Assembly: GCF_902713615.1 (NCBI RefSeq)
Contig: NW_024055820.1
Coordinates: 248,001 to 312,000, forward strand
Direction of reading: 5' to 3'
DNA from: Scyliorhinus canicula
Lineage: Eukaryota
DNA: 64,000 nt
The position numbers and the translations under genes are program-made. Below the pieces are notes generated by a model that saw only the letters and a list, made by a program, of their open reading frames with translations, was not told where the DNA came from and ran no database searches. Shown here in pieces: positions 35,611 through 47,350 of this stretch (the first letter of the stretch is position 1; each line of letters starts with the position of its first letter).

Positions 35611-37359
35611 TCAGTTCGTCTCGTCCACATTGGTGGGTCCTGACTGTACTGCTATATTGTGGATGGGTTTTGCCTTACTGCGGTTCAGAGTGCCTGTCTG
35701 CTGGCCTCTCTGAGATCGCTGGGGTGCATTGCATTCCTTTGCCCAATGCCCTAACTGTCCACAGTTATAGCATTCCTGTCCTTTCTGCTGTGGGCTGCTC
35801 TTCCCTTCATTTACCCATGCGGGTTTCTGGTGCTCTCTCACTGCCTGAATATCTGCTGCAGCCTGAGCCTCTTCTGGGGATTGAACCTTACTCTTTCCCT
35901 GAATTGATTGCTCCCAAGCGCGGGACAACCTTTTCAGGACCCATTTCTCATTATGGGCCTCTTCTGAGGGGTCATAACTGTTGCAAGCGCTCTGTCCTGC
36001 CTCTGTCGCGTGTGAGATTATGGTGCGCGTCCATTTGACCATATTTTCACGGTTCAAATGCGCTCTATTTAAATCGCCGAAAACTGCGTTGAAATGAATC
36101 CACAGCCTTCCTGCGAATGCTGTGGGGTGTTCGGATCTTTTCTGCCGGCACTTATTAAGTCCTTCTACGGGGTCACCTCGATTATACCCTATGGCATCTA
36201 AAATGGAGGTGTGCATCTCCTCTAGGGTGCCTCCGGCAACGTTCTGTGGGTCGGGGAGGGCTGCTACCACGGACTGGTCTAAGCTCAGCACTGTGAGTTT
36301 GACCTGCTCTCTCTCGTCCAGGCCGTACATGGTAGCCTGCTGTTTTACCTTAGCGAAAAATTGGTGGGGGTCTGCGGTGGGGAGAAACGGAGTGATCTTC
36401 TCACATGCGTCCCTGAGCTGGGTTACAGTTAAGGGGGTGGTGTAGGTTATATCTGGTGCGCCTTCTGTTGTAGCTTTTCTCTGCGTGGTTACGGGATTCA
36501 TGGGTGCGGTTATGATCTGATCTGTAGGGGGTTGGGGTGCTTGCCTTTTCTGCTGCGCTGCTGGCGCACATGTTCCCTGAACATAACGCTGCGCTGTCTC
36601 ACTTAATTCTTGCCAATCTGGGGCATTTTCTCCATCTAGCTGTGTTCCAAAGGTGCTTTGAAACCCATTTTGCACCGAAAGCAGCGATTGCAGCTCTGCA
36701 ATCTGTTTCCTGCATTTCGCGTGGTCTACTGTACTTTGCCTTTGTTCTGTGGTTGCAGCATGGAGTGCTCTCAAAGCTGCTTTAAGGTCAGAGCATTGCC
36801 TCTGCAAAGCCTCTACCTGCTTGTCAGATTCTTCTCTTATCAGGACGGCACGTTGCACGTCCTGATAAGCCTTTTCGTACTGGGTCTTGGAACTGCTGAG
36901 ATGGGCTAGACAAGACTGATGTGCCCTCTTGGCATCATCCACCTCTCTACCTTTCTCTGCCAACTTCCCTCTTAGATCCATATTTTCCTTTTCAATGTCC
37001 CTGACATCGACCTTACTCATTCGGTTCCTTTCTTCTAATTCTGCCCGGAGCGTCCTGACGACCTCCTCTGTGCCTCGCAATTGTGCCAAACAGGACACAA
37101 TCGCCATCGCCTTACGTGCTTTACTCATGTTCTTTTTATGAATTTGAGAGAGGTTCTCCCACCAAGTATGACCTATACTTCCGGGACCTGTCTCCTCATT
37201 TGAACAAAACTCTTTCCAAAGGGGCCATCCCTTTCCTTGCAGATACTTGCGGAGTTCCAGCTCCCACGTGGGACACTGACCTACCCTGCTACTGCTGCTG
37301 GTCGCTGCGACCACAAACCTTTCTGGATCCATCAGACGTTCCATTGCCTGCATGGCCAT
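35611..37359 (-). CDS. gag: Gag (582 aa) with coiled-coil N-terminal half and one CCHC knuckle
   Basis: Intact ORF; CYNCGQLGHWAKEC; ends TGA CGG. Confidence 0.9.
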   Translation of the reverse strand: MAMQAMERLMDPERFVVAATSSSSRVGQCPTWELELRKYLQGKGWPLWKEFCSNEETGPGSIGHTWWENLSQIHKKNMSKARKAMAIVSCLAQLRGTEEVVRTLRAELEERNRMSKVDVRDIEKENMDLRGKLAEKGREVDDAKRAHQSCLAHLSSSKTQYEKAYQDVQRAVLIREESDKQVEALQRQCSDLKAALRALHAATTEQRQSTVDHAKCRKQIAELQSLLSVQNGFQSTFGTQLDGENAPDWQELSETAQRYVQGTCAPAAQQKRQAPQPPTDQIITAPMNPVTTQRKATTEGAPDITYTTPLTVTQLRDACEKITPFLPTADPHQFFAKVKQQATMYGLDEREQVKLTVLSLDQSVVAALPDPQNVAGGTLEEMHTSILDAIGYNRGDPVEGLNKCRQKRSEHPTAFAGRLWIHFNAVFGDLNRAHLNRENMVKWTRTIISHATEAGQSACNSYDPSEEAHNEKWVLKRLSRAWEQSIQGKSKVQSPEEAQAAADIQAVREHQKPAWVNEGKSSPQQKGQECYNCGQLGHWAKECNAPQRSQRGQQTGTLNRSKAKPIHNIAVQSGPTNVDETN

Positions 37360-37671
37360 TTCCTCTGACTCTCTTTTAGTTAATTTGGAACAGGGGGTTG
37401 CTGGGGTTGTGTTTCAAGAAACGGGTACGGCTTACGCTATGTTCCGTTCACAAAACTACCGAAAGTTTGTCGCAACAAAAAAAAAATGCTTTCAGTTTTA
37501 CCTTGCAGCCCTGTTAGTACGCATGCACTAAACACACTTCCGAATTACGCTTATTAGTTTGAACACCTTGAATACTTGTGATTTTCTTTACTTTCTTACT
37601 TTCTCTGTAATTTGGAGTTCTAATTCAAATTTCAGGGTCCTGGACGGTGTGGGGTTTCCACTTACAACCGT

Positions 37672-37689
37672 GTCCCGGCGGAGTCGCCG
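37672..37689 (-). promoter_or_regulatory. Primer-binding site complementary to tRNA-Arg(TCT)
   Basis: CGGCGACTCCGCCGGGAC versus the expected TGGCGACTCCGCCGGGAC (17/18), 5 nt from the 5' LTR; candidate major splice donor AAG|GTAAAA at 37502/37501. Confidence 0.8.
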
Positions 37690-37694
37690 CTAAA

Positions 37695-38650
37695 TGTTGC
37701 ACGTTTTGCTATGAGTGTAAAACGCATTTATTGGGGTGTATTAACTTCCAAGTGCTTAACACCACTAGGCTCTGTCTTATGTATTTTTCAGCTTAGGAGT
37801 CGCCAGTTGCCATATAGACAACTCACATATATTCCAAGGTCAAGTTCAAAGTAATAAAACGATACACCGATTAGTAAGTTCCAAACGATCAGTTTTTATT
37901 ATAAAATTATAATAAATACGCATACACACACTAAGGGACAAAGCTATGACTAGACTAAGCAAACAGAATACTTATCTAACAGGAACAGGCAAGGTCAGGG
38001 AGCGAGGCCTTTGTCCCGGTCTTGGGCTGCAACCTTCAGAAAGCGTGCTGGTCACTGGGGGTCTAGCGGGCTTGGTTCGCGTAGCGAGCGTCGTACTGGC
38101 ACTTACGATTCGGCGGCTGGAGCTCAACGGCTGGAGTCAGGATACAGCTTCAAGGTCTTGGTCAGGGCCGGAGCACGAAACAACAGACAGGACCATGTGT
38201 GGGGGGTCTATATTTATAGGGGTCCCCAATGTCCTTCCCTCTTCTTGGGCGGGCTTTACCTCTGGTTATCTATTGGGTCAATTCCTCATCGATACTGTTT
38301 GAATTCCCCAATGCGAGGGGGTCTCCGTGATGGGGGGGGCGTTTCTTATGCCCTTTTGTTTGGAGGTTTCTGGTGCCTCGATGTCTGGGCCTTGGTTCAA
38401 AATGTGTCCATTCAGAGTCAAATGTTTCTATTGTGTGGGTGTTCAGGTCTGATTGCCTCATTAGTATGCAAAGCGTTTTGCCATTTGCACCTAACTAAGG
38501 TCTTCTCACCTGAGCCCAAACTGGTTTCTGCTACTTGCAGAATGCAAAATGCTCTCTTTGCAGACTGCTGTTTTGGCCAAACTGCCTTTTTCCCTGCAGT
38601 CTTAGCGCTTGGCTTACTTTGCAGCTCAGCGTCCATTTTAGGTGGCTACA
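37695..38650 (-). repeat. 5' LTR (956 bp)
   Basis: TG..CA termini; TATAAATA at 38218-38211 (TTTAAATA in the 3' LTR). Confidence 0.95.
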
Positions 38651-40570
38651 TTGGTATGTTGCCTCCCGGGTGCCAGGGCCAGGGATGTTTCGGATCATGT
38701 CTTCAGGATCCTTAAGGGGGAGGGGGAGCAGCCAGACGGCGTGGTGCAAATTGGTATCAACGACGGAGGTAGGAAAAGGCGTGTGAAGGTAATAAACGAG
38801 TTTAGGGAGTTAGGCTGGAAGTTAAAAGCCAGGACAGACAGAGTTGACATCTCTGGTTTGTTGCTGGTGCCACGTGATAGCGACGCTAGGAATAGGGAGA
38901 TAGTGCAGTTGAACACCTGGCTGCAGGAATGGTGGAGGAGGGAGGGCTTCAGATACTTTGATAATTGGAGCGCATTCTGGGGAAGGTGGGATCTGTACAA
39001 GCAGGAGGGGTTGCATCAGAACCAGAGGGGTACCAATATCCTGGGACGGAGGTTTTCTAGCACTCTTCGGGAGGGTTTAAACTAATTTGGCAGGGGAATG
39101 GGAACTGTCGTCCAGCAACTAAGGTAGCCGATGTTGAGGATGTCAAAGCATGTAGTGACGCAGTGGGGAAGGTAACACTGACAAAGGAGAGTACTTTCAG
39201 GCACGGAGATGAGTTGAAGCGTGTATACTTCAACTCAAGAAGCATCAGGAATAAGGTGGGTGTACTTAAGGCATGGGTCGGTACTTGGGACTACGATGTG
39301 GTGGCCATCACGGAAACCTGGATAGATGAGCGGCAGAAATGGTTGATGAAGGTTCCAGGTTATTGATGTTTCAATAAGATTAGGGAGGATGGTAACAGAG
39401 GTGGGGGTTGCATTGTTAATTAGAGATAGTATAACAGCTGCAGAAAGGCAGTTTGAGGAGGATCTGCCTACTGAGGTAGTATGGGTAGAAGTCAGAAATA
39501 GGAAAAGAGCAGTCACCTTGTTCAGAGAGTGGTGGTGGATGGCAAATATTCAGCCTCAAGCCTAGTTACCAGTGGCGTACTGCAGGCATCAGTTCTGGGC
39601 CCTCTGCTGCTTCTGATTTTCATTAATGACTTGGATGAGGGAGTTGAAGGGTGGGTCAGTAAATTTGCAGACGATACGTAGATTGGTGGTGTTCTGGATA
39701 GTGAGGAGGGCTGTTGTTGGCTGCAAAGAGACATAGATAGGATGCAGAGCAGGGCTGAGAAGTGGCAGACGGAGTTTAACCCTGAAAAGTGTGAGGTTGT
39801 CCATTTAGAAGGACAAATATGAATGTGGAATACAGTGTTAATGGAAGGGTTCTTGGCAAAGTGGAGGAGCAGAGAGATCTTGGGGTCTATGTTCATAGAT
39901 CTTTGAAAGTTGCCACTCAAGTGGGTAGAGCTGTGAAGAAGGCCTATGTTGTGCTAGCGTTCATTAGCAGAGGGATTGAATTTAAGAGCCGTGAGGTGAT
40001 GATGCAGCTGTACAAAACCTTGGTAAGGCCACATCTGGAGTACTCTGTGTAGTTCTGGTCGCCTCATTTTAGGAAGGTCGTGGAAGCCTTGGAAAAGGTG
40101 CAAAGGAGATTTACCAGGATGTTGCCTGGAATGGAGAGTAGGTCTTACGAGGAAAGGTTGAGGATGCTAGGCCTTTTCTCATTAGAACGGAGAAGGATGA
40201 GGGACGACCTGATAGAGGTTTATAAGGTGATCAGGGGAAGAGATAGAGTAGACAGGCAGAGACTTTTTCCCGGGTGGAACAAACGATTACATGGGGACAT
40301 AAACTTAAGGTGAATGGTGGAAGGTTTTGGGGGGGGGATGTCAGATGTAGGTTATTTACCCAGAGAGTAGTGGGGGCATGGAATGCACTGGCTGTGGATG
40401 TAGTTGAGTCATAAACATTAGGGACCTTCAAGCGGCTATTGGATAGGTTCGTGCATTAGAATGATGGGGTGTAGATTAATTTGTTCGTAATCCAGGAGCA
40501 AAAGTTTGGCACAACATTGTGGGCCGAAGGGCCTGTTCTGTGCTGTATTTCTCTGTGTTCTATGTTCTAT
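38651..40570 (+). mobile_element. 3' part of the host CR1 LINE (ORF1 esterase, ORF2 endonuclease start, internal deletion, RT end, 3' tail)
   Basis: ..CCLPGARARDVSD..VVQIGIND.. continues the ORF1 cut at 28713; YFNSRSIRNK..VVAITETW; ..FADD..; tail ..tgttctgtgctgt..ctatgttctatgt. Confidence 0.88.
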
Positions 40571-40849
40571 GTCTTTGCAATGGGTACAGGAAATTATTGT
40601 AACCTCTGTTACTTAGTGTTCTGTGCAGAGACAAATGGTGGGGATACCGAGGATGAGCAGTGTTTCAGTCCGATTTCCCTGGGCCACCGAACACAATACA
40701 GAATTAAGCGCGAACTGTATCGTTGAATAGACTAAATTTTCGCACTCTGTGCTGTTTATACCAAGGTGGTCAAAACAGGTGGTCGTTCACACCATCTGAG
40801 CCAATTTCCGAAATTTTAAAAATAAATTCAGAATGCCCGATTATTTTTT

Positions 40850-41037
40850 CCAATTCAGGGGCAATTTAGCGTGGCCTCTCCACCTAACCTGCACATCTTT
40901 GAGCTGTGAGATGAAATCCAGGCAGACACGGGGAGAATGTGCAACTCCACACAAACAGTGACCCGGGGCCGGGATCGAATCCGGGTCCTCAGCGGCGAAG
41001 GCATCAGTGCCAACCATTGCACCACCATGCCGCCTGC
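40850..41037 (-). mobile_element. HE1-like SINE (5' part)
   Basis: Same head and body as the other copies. Confidence 0.75.
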
Positions 41038-41631
41038 CAATCCAAATTCTAATTGTTCAATAAATGTATTAAATTCAAAATACCAAATTTGCGCGAATTA
41101 AGCTAATTGGGATTTAAGTGATAAAAATATATGTGAACGACACAATACTAATCGTGAATCTTAAGTGGAAATTATTTAGCTTTGGCAATTTATGTTGAAA
41201 TCTGTGTCAAAGTTCATTGGTTGCTGCAAGAGGCATTGGAAAGACAATCTGCCGGTGCACCGGGGAAACCACTGAATTTTCAAATTACCCTGGCTGTTGT
41301 ACCAAAAGTTCGGTTATTATTCACAAGTGTATTTATTCGGATAATTAGATAAATAGTATACTGAGTGAGACATGCTGACAAAGGCAAAGAGAAAAAGAGG
41401 AAAATCCAAAAAGTAATTGTTTAGAGCTCTCACTGATTGGTACCAAAATGTCGACAGCAACAACAAATCAGCCAACGCTGTCCCTGAGGAAGGTCCCCCG
41501 GTTTCTCAATAAGTGAAGTGAAGCCTGATCCTGATGCGAGCTACATTTTAATTTCATACGAGAACGATCAGCATATTTAGAATATTCTATTATTTTCTGC
41601 CGAACTGTCAACCAAACACAACATACTCCCC

Positions 41632-42035
41632 ATGTCCCTTATTGGTACTATTGGTCTTGCTGTGTAGTGAGTCTATGTTGAAACAGTTAGTGTGCCATCT
41701 AGATCTTGTATCTACTCTTTCCATTCAATACACTGAACGATTCTGCGCTTGTGTTACAGGAACGGGGCTCGAGGAGGGGGCAAGAACCAGGGGAGTTCTG
41801 CATCCCAGAATTAACCTGAATTAACGGTTCGTGATGGACAGAGGATAACCATTGACTGCCATTTCTCGACAACCTACAAGAACTCAGATCTGTTCTTGTA
41901 CATCGAATATTCTGGGGGAATTTCGAATTTTACTGAATATTGATATCGGTCGTGGGTCACACGTAACTCTGCAGATTTCCAAAACAGGTTAAGTGCTATT
42001 TTGCACCAAGGAAGGGAGACATTTTCAATTTGAAG
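41632..42035 (+). pseudogene. TCR V relic truncated by a gag fragment
   Basis: Frameshifted leader ..LLVLLVLLC A|gtgagt; acceptor gtgttacag|GA; PELTVRDGQRITIDCHF..LFLYIEY..ADFQNRLSAIL. Confidence 0.6.
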
Positions 42036-42094
42036 TGTAGGAAGGGAAGGAAGAGACACTAGAGGTTGAGGAAGGTATTAATTGCAGACATGAA

Positions 42095-42500
42095 CTTTAT
42101 GGGGAAATGCTTACATTTAAACACACTCTTCCACTATTTGAGGAAAAGGATGTGGACGCTTTCAGTATTTCATTTGAAAAGGTAACCGAACAGATGAAAT
42201 GGCCAAACGAAATGTGGACATTACATTTACAAAGTAGATTGTTAGGTCAACCTAGTGAGCCGTATGCATCATTGTCAGAAGAGGTATCTGTAGATTGTGA
42301 TGTAGTAAATAAAGCTATCCTTTAGTGCATATGTGTTGGTTCCTGAGGGAGATCGGCAGAAATTTCGAAAAGCAAGAAACAGGACAAACCCATCTGCAAT
42401 TCGAGAGGGTGAAGCAAAATAAATTTGATCATTGGATACGGGTGTTAAAGACAGAGAAAATATATGAAGCCCTGAGAGAGGTGATTCTTTTAGAATAATT
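42095..42500 (+). mobile_element. Gypsy (Gmr1/SCAN-type) gag relic
   Basis: LPLFEEKDVDAFSISFEKVTEQMKWPNEMWTLHLQSRL..YASLSEEVSVDCDVVNKAIL..AYVLVPEGDRQKFR. Confidence 0.65.
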
Positions 42501-44249
42501 TCAAGACTCATTTCATTTGGATCCAAATCTAGACTCGTCCCTTCGAGGTATGACATCAACTGGGATTGTAACATATGGCTGAGTGACCTCTATGTGTCAA
42601 CATCATCTTTCTCAGGGATAATGTAAATGACTACTCGAAAAATGCAAGGATAAACTGCTGAACAGCAGCAAGATCGTTCAGCAGTTCAACCTTTCGATTA
42701 TTGATCTATCAATGTGTGGATTCTCCAGTTTTTTTTCTTTGCCGCTTTGGAAAATGTTCGGTGCAAATGACAAGGGCGAATGGGATTTTGAGCAATATAT
42801 AGGTTTGAATGAACAGGCAGATTGAATGCCGTGTAACAAAGTGTGGCGTTATTGACCATGGAAGGAAAACTCATGACAGCATTAGGTCTTGAATGATGGG
42901 AGAAGGGAAAACATTTTCATTCAGTTGGACCTGTGTAACCTTATTATTGAATCACAGCAAGTTAACAGGCAGAGAGATGAATTAATTGGGAAGGCAAATT
43001 GTCAATTAGTTTTAATAACGAATGCATTAATGGATAAGATAAAGACGTGTTATTCAAATTAGGCAGAGAATCGGTGAGCTAATATCTGAGTTGTGTATGC
43101 AGTTTTATCCTCCTGAGGTAATGTAGTCTTATTTGGCGTCCAACGAGCGCAACAATGGTTCACTGGGTGTTTTCCTTGCATGAAACAATTTTTCTATGAG
43201 GAGGGATTGAGTGGACTAGATTTGGTTTTCCAGAACTTCGAAGAATTGCGGGTTATCTAATGTTCTTCCTGGCCAGGAAAGCATACACAAAATAAATAAC
43301 TTGCGATTTACGGCTGTAATGAGACGACATTTTTTCAAATCATTGCGTAACTTCTGCATTCTCGCCAACAGAGAACAGAGGAAATTCAGAAATTTCTAAA
43401 GTGACGAGAAGGGATCTTCCCATTTAGGTTCCTCGCAGAATGTTCGCAAAGGCACCTTCCTGTCAACTCCCTCAGTCTGATTACTGACGGTGACAGAAGT
43501 ACACTGAACATTTTCATTTAAATTCATATTGTAATATTGTCAGTTAGATGTGATATTTTCCGCCATCGTAGCAACCTCGGGGCCTTATCGGGGGTGAATA
43601 TGGGCCCCATTCCCAAATATAAAATGAAACCCGTCGATTAATGTTTGTCTGAAACCGGACATTTCATGATCATCATTAGATAACACCATTTCTATTGAAT
43701 TCAAATTTCACCATAGAATAGATCTATTCTGCATAGATTCCCATAGATCACATCTGCAGTGGCGGGATTAGAATCTGGGTTCACAAGTAGGCAGGTGACT
43801 ATTTTGGGTCTCTGTTCATTGACAATACCACGACGCCACCGCCTCCCCGAAAGCAGCTCTGAAATATTCATCAGGTTAACTGGAACAAGGCAGAACATGG
43901 CGTTGAGTCCCAACTGAGTAACGAGAAAGACGATAAAAGGCGGGTATGATGGGAAATCGTGGTTCGAGGAGTAAATAAGAAGGGAAACGGGAAAAGCCGT
44001 TTCCCTTGGTACTTGTTTGAAAACTCATAGTCACTAACTCGTGAAATGTATTAACGGTGTGTAACTGTCTCCAACCCATGACCACTGATCAAATAAACTC
44101 TCCAAACATTCCGCCGTCAAAGGTTCCCTGAAACTAATACAGATGGGGAGGGGGTGGGGGGGGGGGGGGCAGCTGGGAAGGAAGATCAATATTACAGCCA
44201 GGCTTGGAGAACAGGAAAGGGCAATTGAAAACGAGAGAACATTACCAAA

Positions 44250-46946
44250 CACGGCCAACTATGCGTCACCCAAACATGGCGAATTGTATGTCTATCAGGT
44301 ATGGCCGACTGCACGTCGCACACACATGGCAGACTGTACATCACAGAAACATGGCAGACTGTACATCACACAAACATGGCAGACAGTATATCACACAAAT
44401 CTGGCTGACTGTACATCACACAAAAATGGGAGGCTGTACATCACATAAACCTGGCTGACTGTACATCACACAAACATGGCCGACTACATCACACAAACAT
44501 GGCAGAGTGTACATCACACAAACATGGCAGACTACATCACACAAACATGGCAGACAGTATATCATACAAACATGGTAGACTGTACATCACAAAAACATGG
44601 CAGACAGTATATCACACAAACATGATAGACTGTACATCACACAAACATGGCTGACTCTACATCACACAAACATGGCAGACTGTACATCACACAAACATGG
44701 CAGACTACATCACACAAACATGGCAGACAGTATATCATACAAACATGGCTGACTCTACATCACACAAACATGGCAGACTGTACATCACACAAACATGCCA
44801 GACTGTGCATCACAGAAACGTGTTAGACTGTACATCACACAAACATGGCAGACTGTACATCACACAAACATGGCAGACTGTACATCACACAAACATGGCA
44901 GACAGTATAATCACACAAACATGGCAGACTGTACATCACACAAACATGGCAGACAGTATAATCACACAAACATAGCAGACTGTACATCACACAAACGTGG
45001 CAGACTGTACATCACACAAACATGGCAGACTGTATATCACACAAACCTGGCTGACTGCACATCACACAAAAATGGGAGGCTGTACATCACATAAACCTGG
45101 CTGACTGTACATCACACAAACATGGCAGACTACATCACACAAACATGGCAGACTGAACATCACACAAACATGGCAGACTACATCACACAAACATGGCAGA
45201 CAGTATATCATACAAACATGGTAGCCTGTACATCACACAAACATGGCTGACTCTACATCACACAAACATGGCAGACTGTACATCACACAAACATGGCAGA
45301 CTGTACATCACACAAACGTGGCAGACTGTATATCACACAAACGTGGCACACTGCACATCACACAAACATGGCAGACTGTACATCACACAAACATGGCAGA
45401 CTGTACATCACACATACATGGCAGACTGTACATCATACAAGCATGGCAGACAGTATAATCACACAAAAATGGAAGACTGTACATCACAGAAACGTGTTAT
45501 ACTGTACATCACACAAACGTGGCAGACTCTACATCACACAAACATGGCAGACTGTACATCACACAAACATGGCAGACTACATCACACAAACATGGCAGAC
45601 AGTATATCATACAAACATGGCTGACTCTACATCACACAAACATGGCAGACTGTACATCACACAAACATGCCAGACTGTGCATCACAGAAACGTGTTAGAC
45701 TGTACATCACACAAACATGGCAGACTGTACATCACACAAACATGGCAGACTGTACATCACACAAACATGGCAGACAGTATAATCACACAAACATGGCAGA
45801 CTGTACATCACACAAACATGGCAGACAGTATAATCACACAAACATAGCAGACTGTACATCACACAAACGTGGCAGACTGTACATCACACAAACATGGCAG
45901 ACTGTATATCACACAAATCTGGCTGACTGCACATCACACAAAAATGGGAGGCTGTACATCACATAAACCTGGCTGACTGTACATCACACAAACATGGCAG
46001 ACTACATCACACAAACATGGCAGACTGAACATCACACAAACATGGCAGACTACGTCACACAAACATGGCAGACAGTATATCATACAAACATGGTAGCCTG
46101 TACATCACACAAACATGGCTGACTCTACATCACACAAACATGGCAGACTGTACATCACACAAACATGGCAGACTGCACATCACACAAACGTGGCAGACTG
46201 TATATCACACAAACGTGGCACACTGCACATCACACAAACATGGCAGACTGTACATCACACAAACATGGCAGACTGTACATCACACATACATGGCAGACTG
46301 TACATCATACAAGCATGGCAGACAGTATAATCACACAAAAATGGAAGACTGTACATCACAGAAACGTGTTATACTGTACATCACACAAACGTGGCAGACT
46401 GTACATCGCACAAACATGGCAGACTGTACATCACACAAACATGGCAGACTGTACATCACACAAACATGGCAGACAGTATAATCACACAAACATGGCAGAC
46501 TGTACATCACACAAACATGGCTGACTGTACATCACACAAACGTGGCAGACTGTACATCACAGAAACGTGTTATACTGTACATCACACAAACGTGGCAGAC
46601 TGTACATCACACAAACATGGCAGACCGTACATCACACAAATATGTCAGACTGTACATCACACAAATGTGGCAGACTGTACATCACACAAACATGTCAGAC
46701 TGTACATCACACAAATGTGGCAGACTGTACATCACACAAACATGTCAGACTGTACATCACACAAATGTGGCAGATTGTACATCACACAAACATGTCAGAC
46801 TGTACATCACACAAACATGTCAGACTGTACATCACACAAATGCGGCAGACTGTACATCACACATAAATGGCAGACTGTACATCACAGAAACGTTTTAGAC
46901 TGTTCGTCACACAAAGATGGCAGACTGTACGTCGCACAAACATGGT
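44250..46946. repeat. Satellite of 25-bp monomers (CATCACACAAACATGGCAGACTGTA; 23- and 27-bp variants) with higher-order blocks
   Basis: Direct tandem monomers; the diagnostic variant CAAAAATGGGAGG recurs at 44421, 45067 and 45939 (646, 872 nt). Confidence 0.97.
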
Positions 46947-47311
46947 GAACGTCCTTTTGTTGTATGTCTGACGCTTGTGGCCCACATTTGAGGGATATTT
47001 CGTGTGAACAACCACTTTCTCGGGAAAATCGTAAAATACAGCCCTGATTTTAAAAGAAGTCTGAGTTGATCAGTAGGTAGAACAGTTCAACTGTCTCATT
47101 GATTCTGTGACGGATCTCTCCGCCTAATTCTATTCTGTAGTTTGTTTTGTTGGCCGCTTCTGGAAAAATGTTGATGACAGTTTGATTCGAGGTTAATGTG
47201 GGTTCTGCCATCGATTTGAGTTTGAGCGCCTGACAGCGCCGGTGATAAGTGTGGCTGCGTCTGCTCTAGATTCTACACACGAAGAGGAGCTCTCACTTAC
47301 AATGTAAAAAC

Positions 47312-47350
47312 AGTTTTTGTACAGGGGTGAGGCTGCTTTGCATCACTGTG
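47312..47350 (-). promoter_or_regulatory. 23-RSS
   Basis: CACAGTG-23 nt-ACAAAAACT. Confidence 0.95.

Larger units (their letters stand above)
28714..38650 (-). mobile_element. Full-length retrovirus-like LTR provirus (9,937 bp) with dual RNase H and no canonical env
   Basis: Two ~955-bp TG..CA LTRs, PBS, PPT, and gag, pro, RT, tether, RNase H and IN in retroviral order. Confidence 0.95.

Noticed and set aside
28714-38650. Assignment as an endogenous foamy virus or an ordinary Ty3/gypsy element
   Set aside because: CCHC-containing Gag, in-frame gag-pol and an Arg PBS argue against foamy virus; tether plus second RNase H argues against ordinary gypsy. Exact placement needs a phylogeny.
40610-40730. 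V-exon-like start (..tgtgcag|AG ACA AAT GGT GGG GAT..)
   Set aside because: Similarity is limited to a few codons; no W or YYC motifs and no RSS.
43700-44030. Coding-looking stretch left of the satellite
   Set aside because: Multiple stops in all frames and no recognisable family.
44250-46946. CRISPR-like array, or repetitive HT/MADC-rich ORFs
   Set aside because: The monomers are contiguous with no unique spacers, the DNA is eukaryotic, and the ORFs are by-products of a stop-poor satellite.
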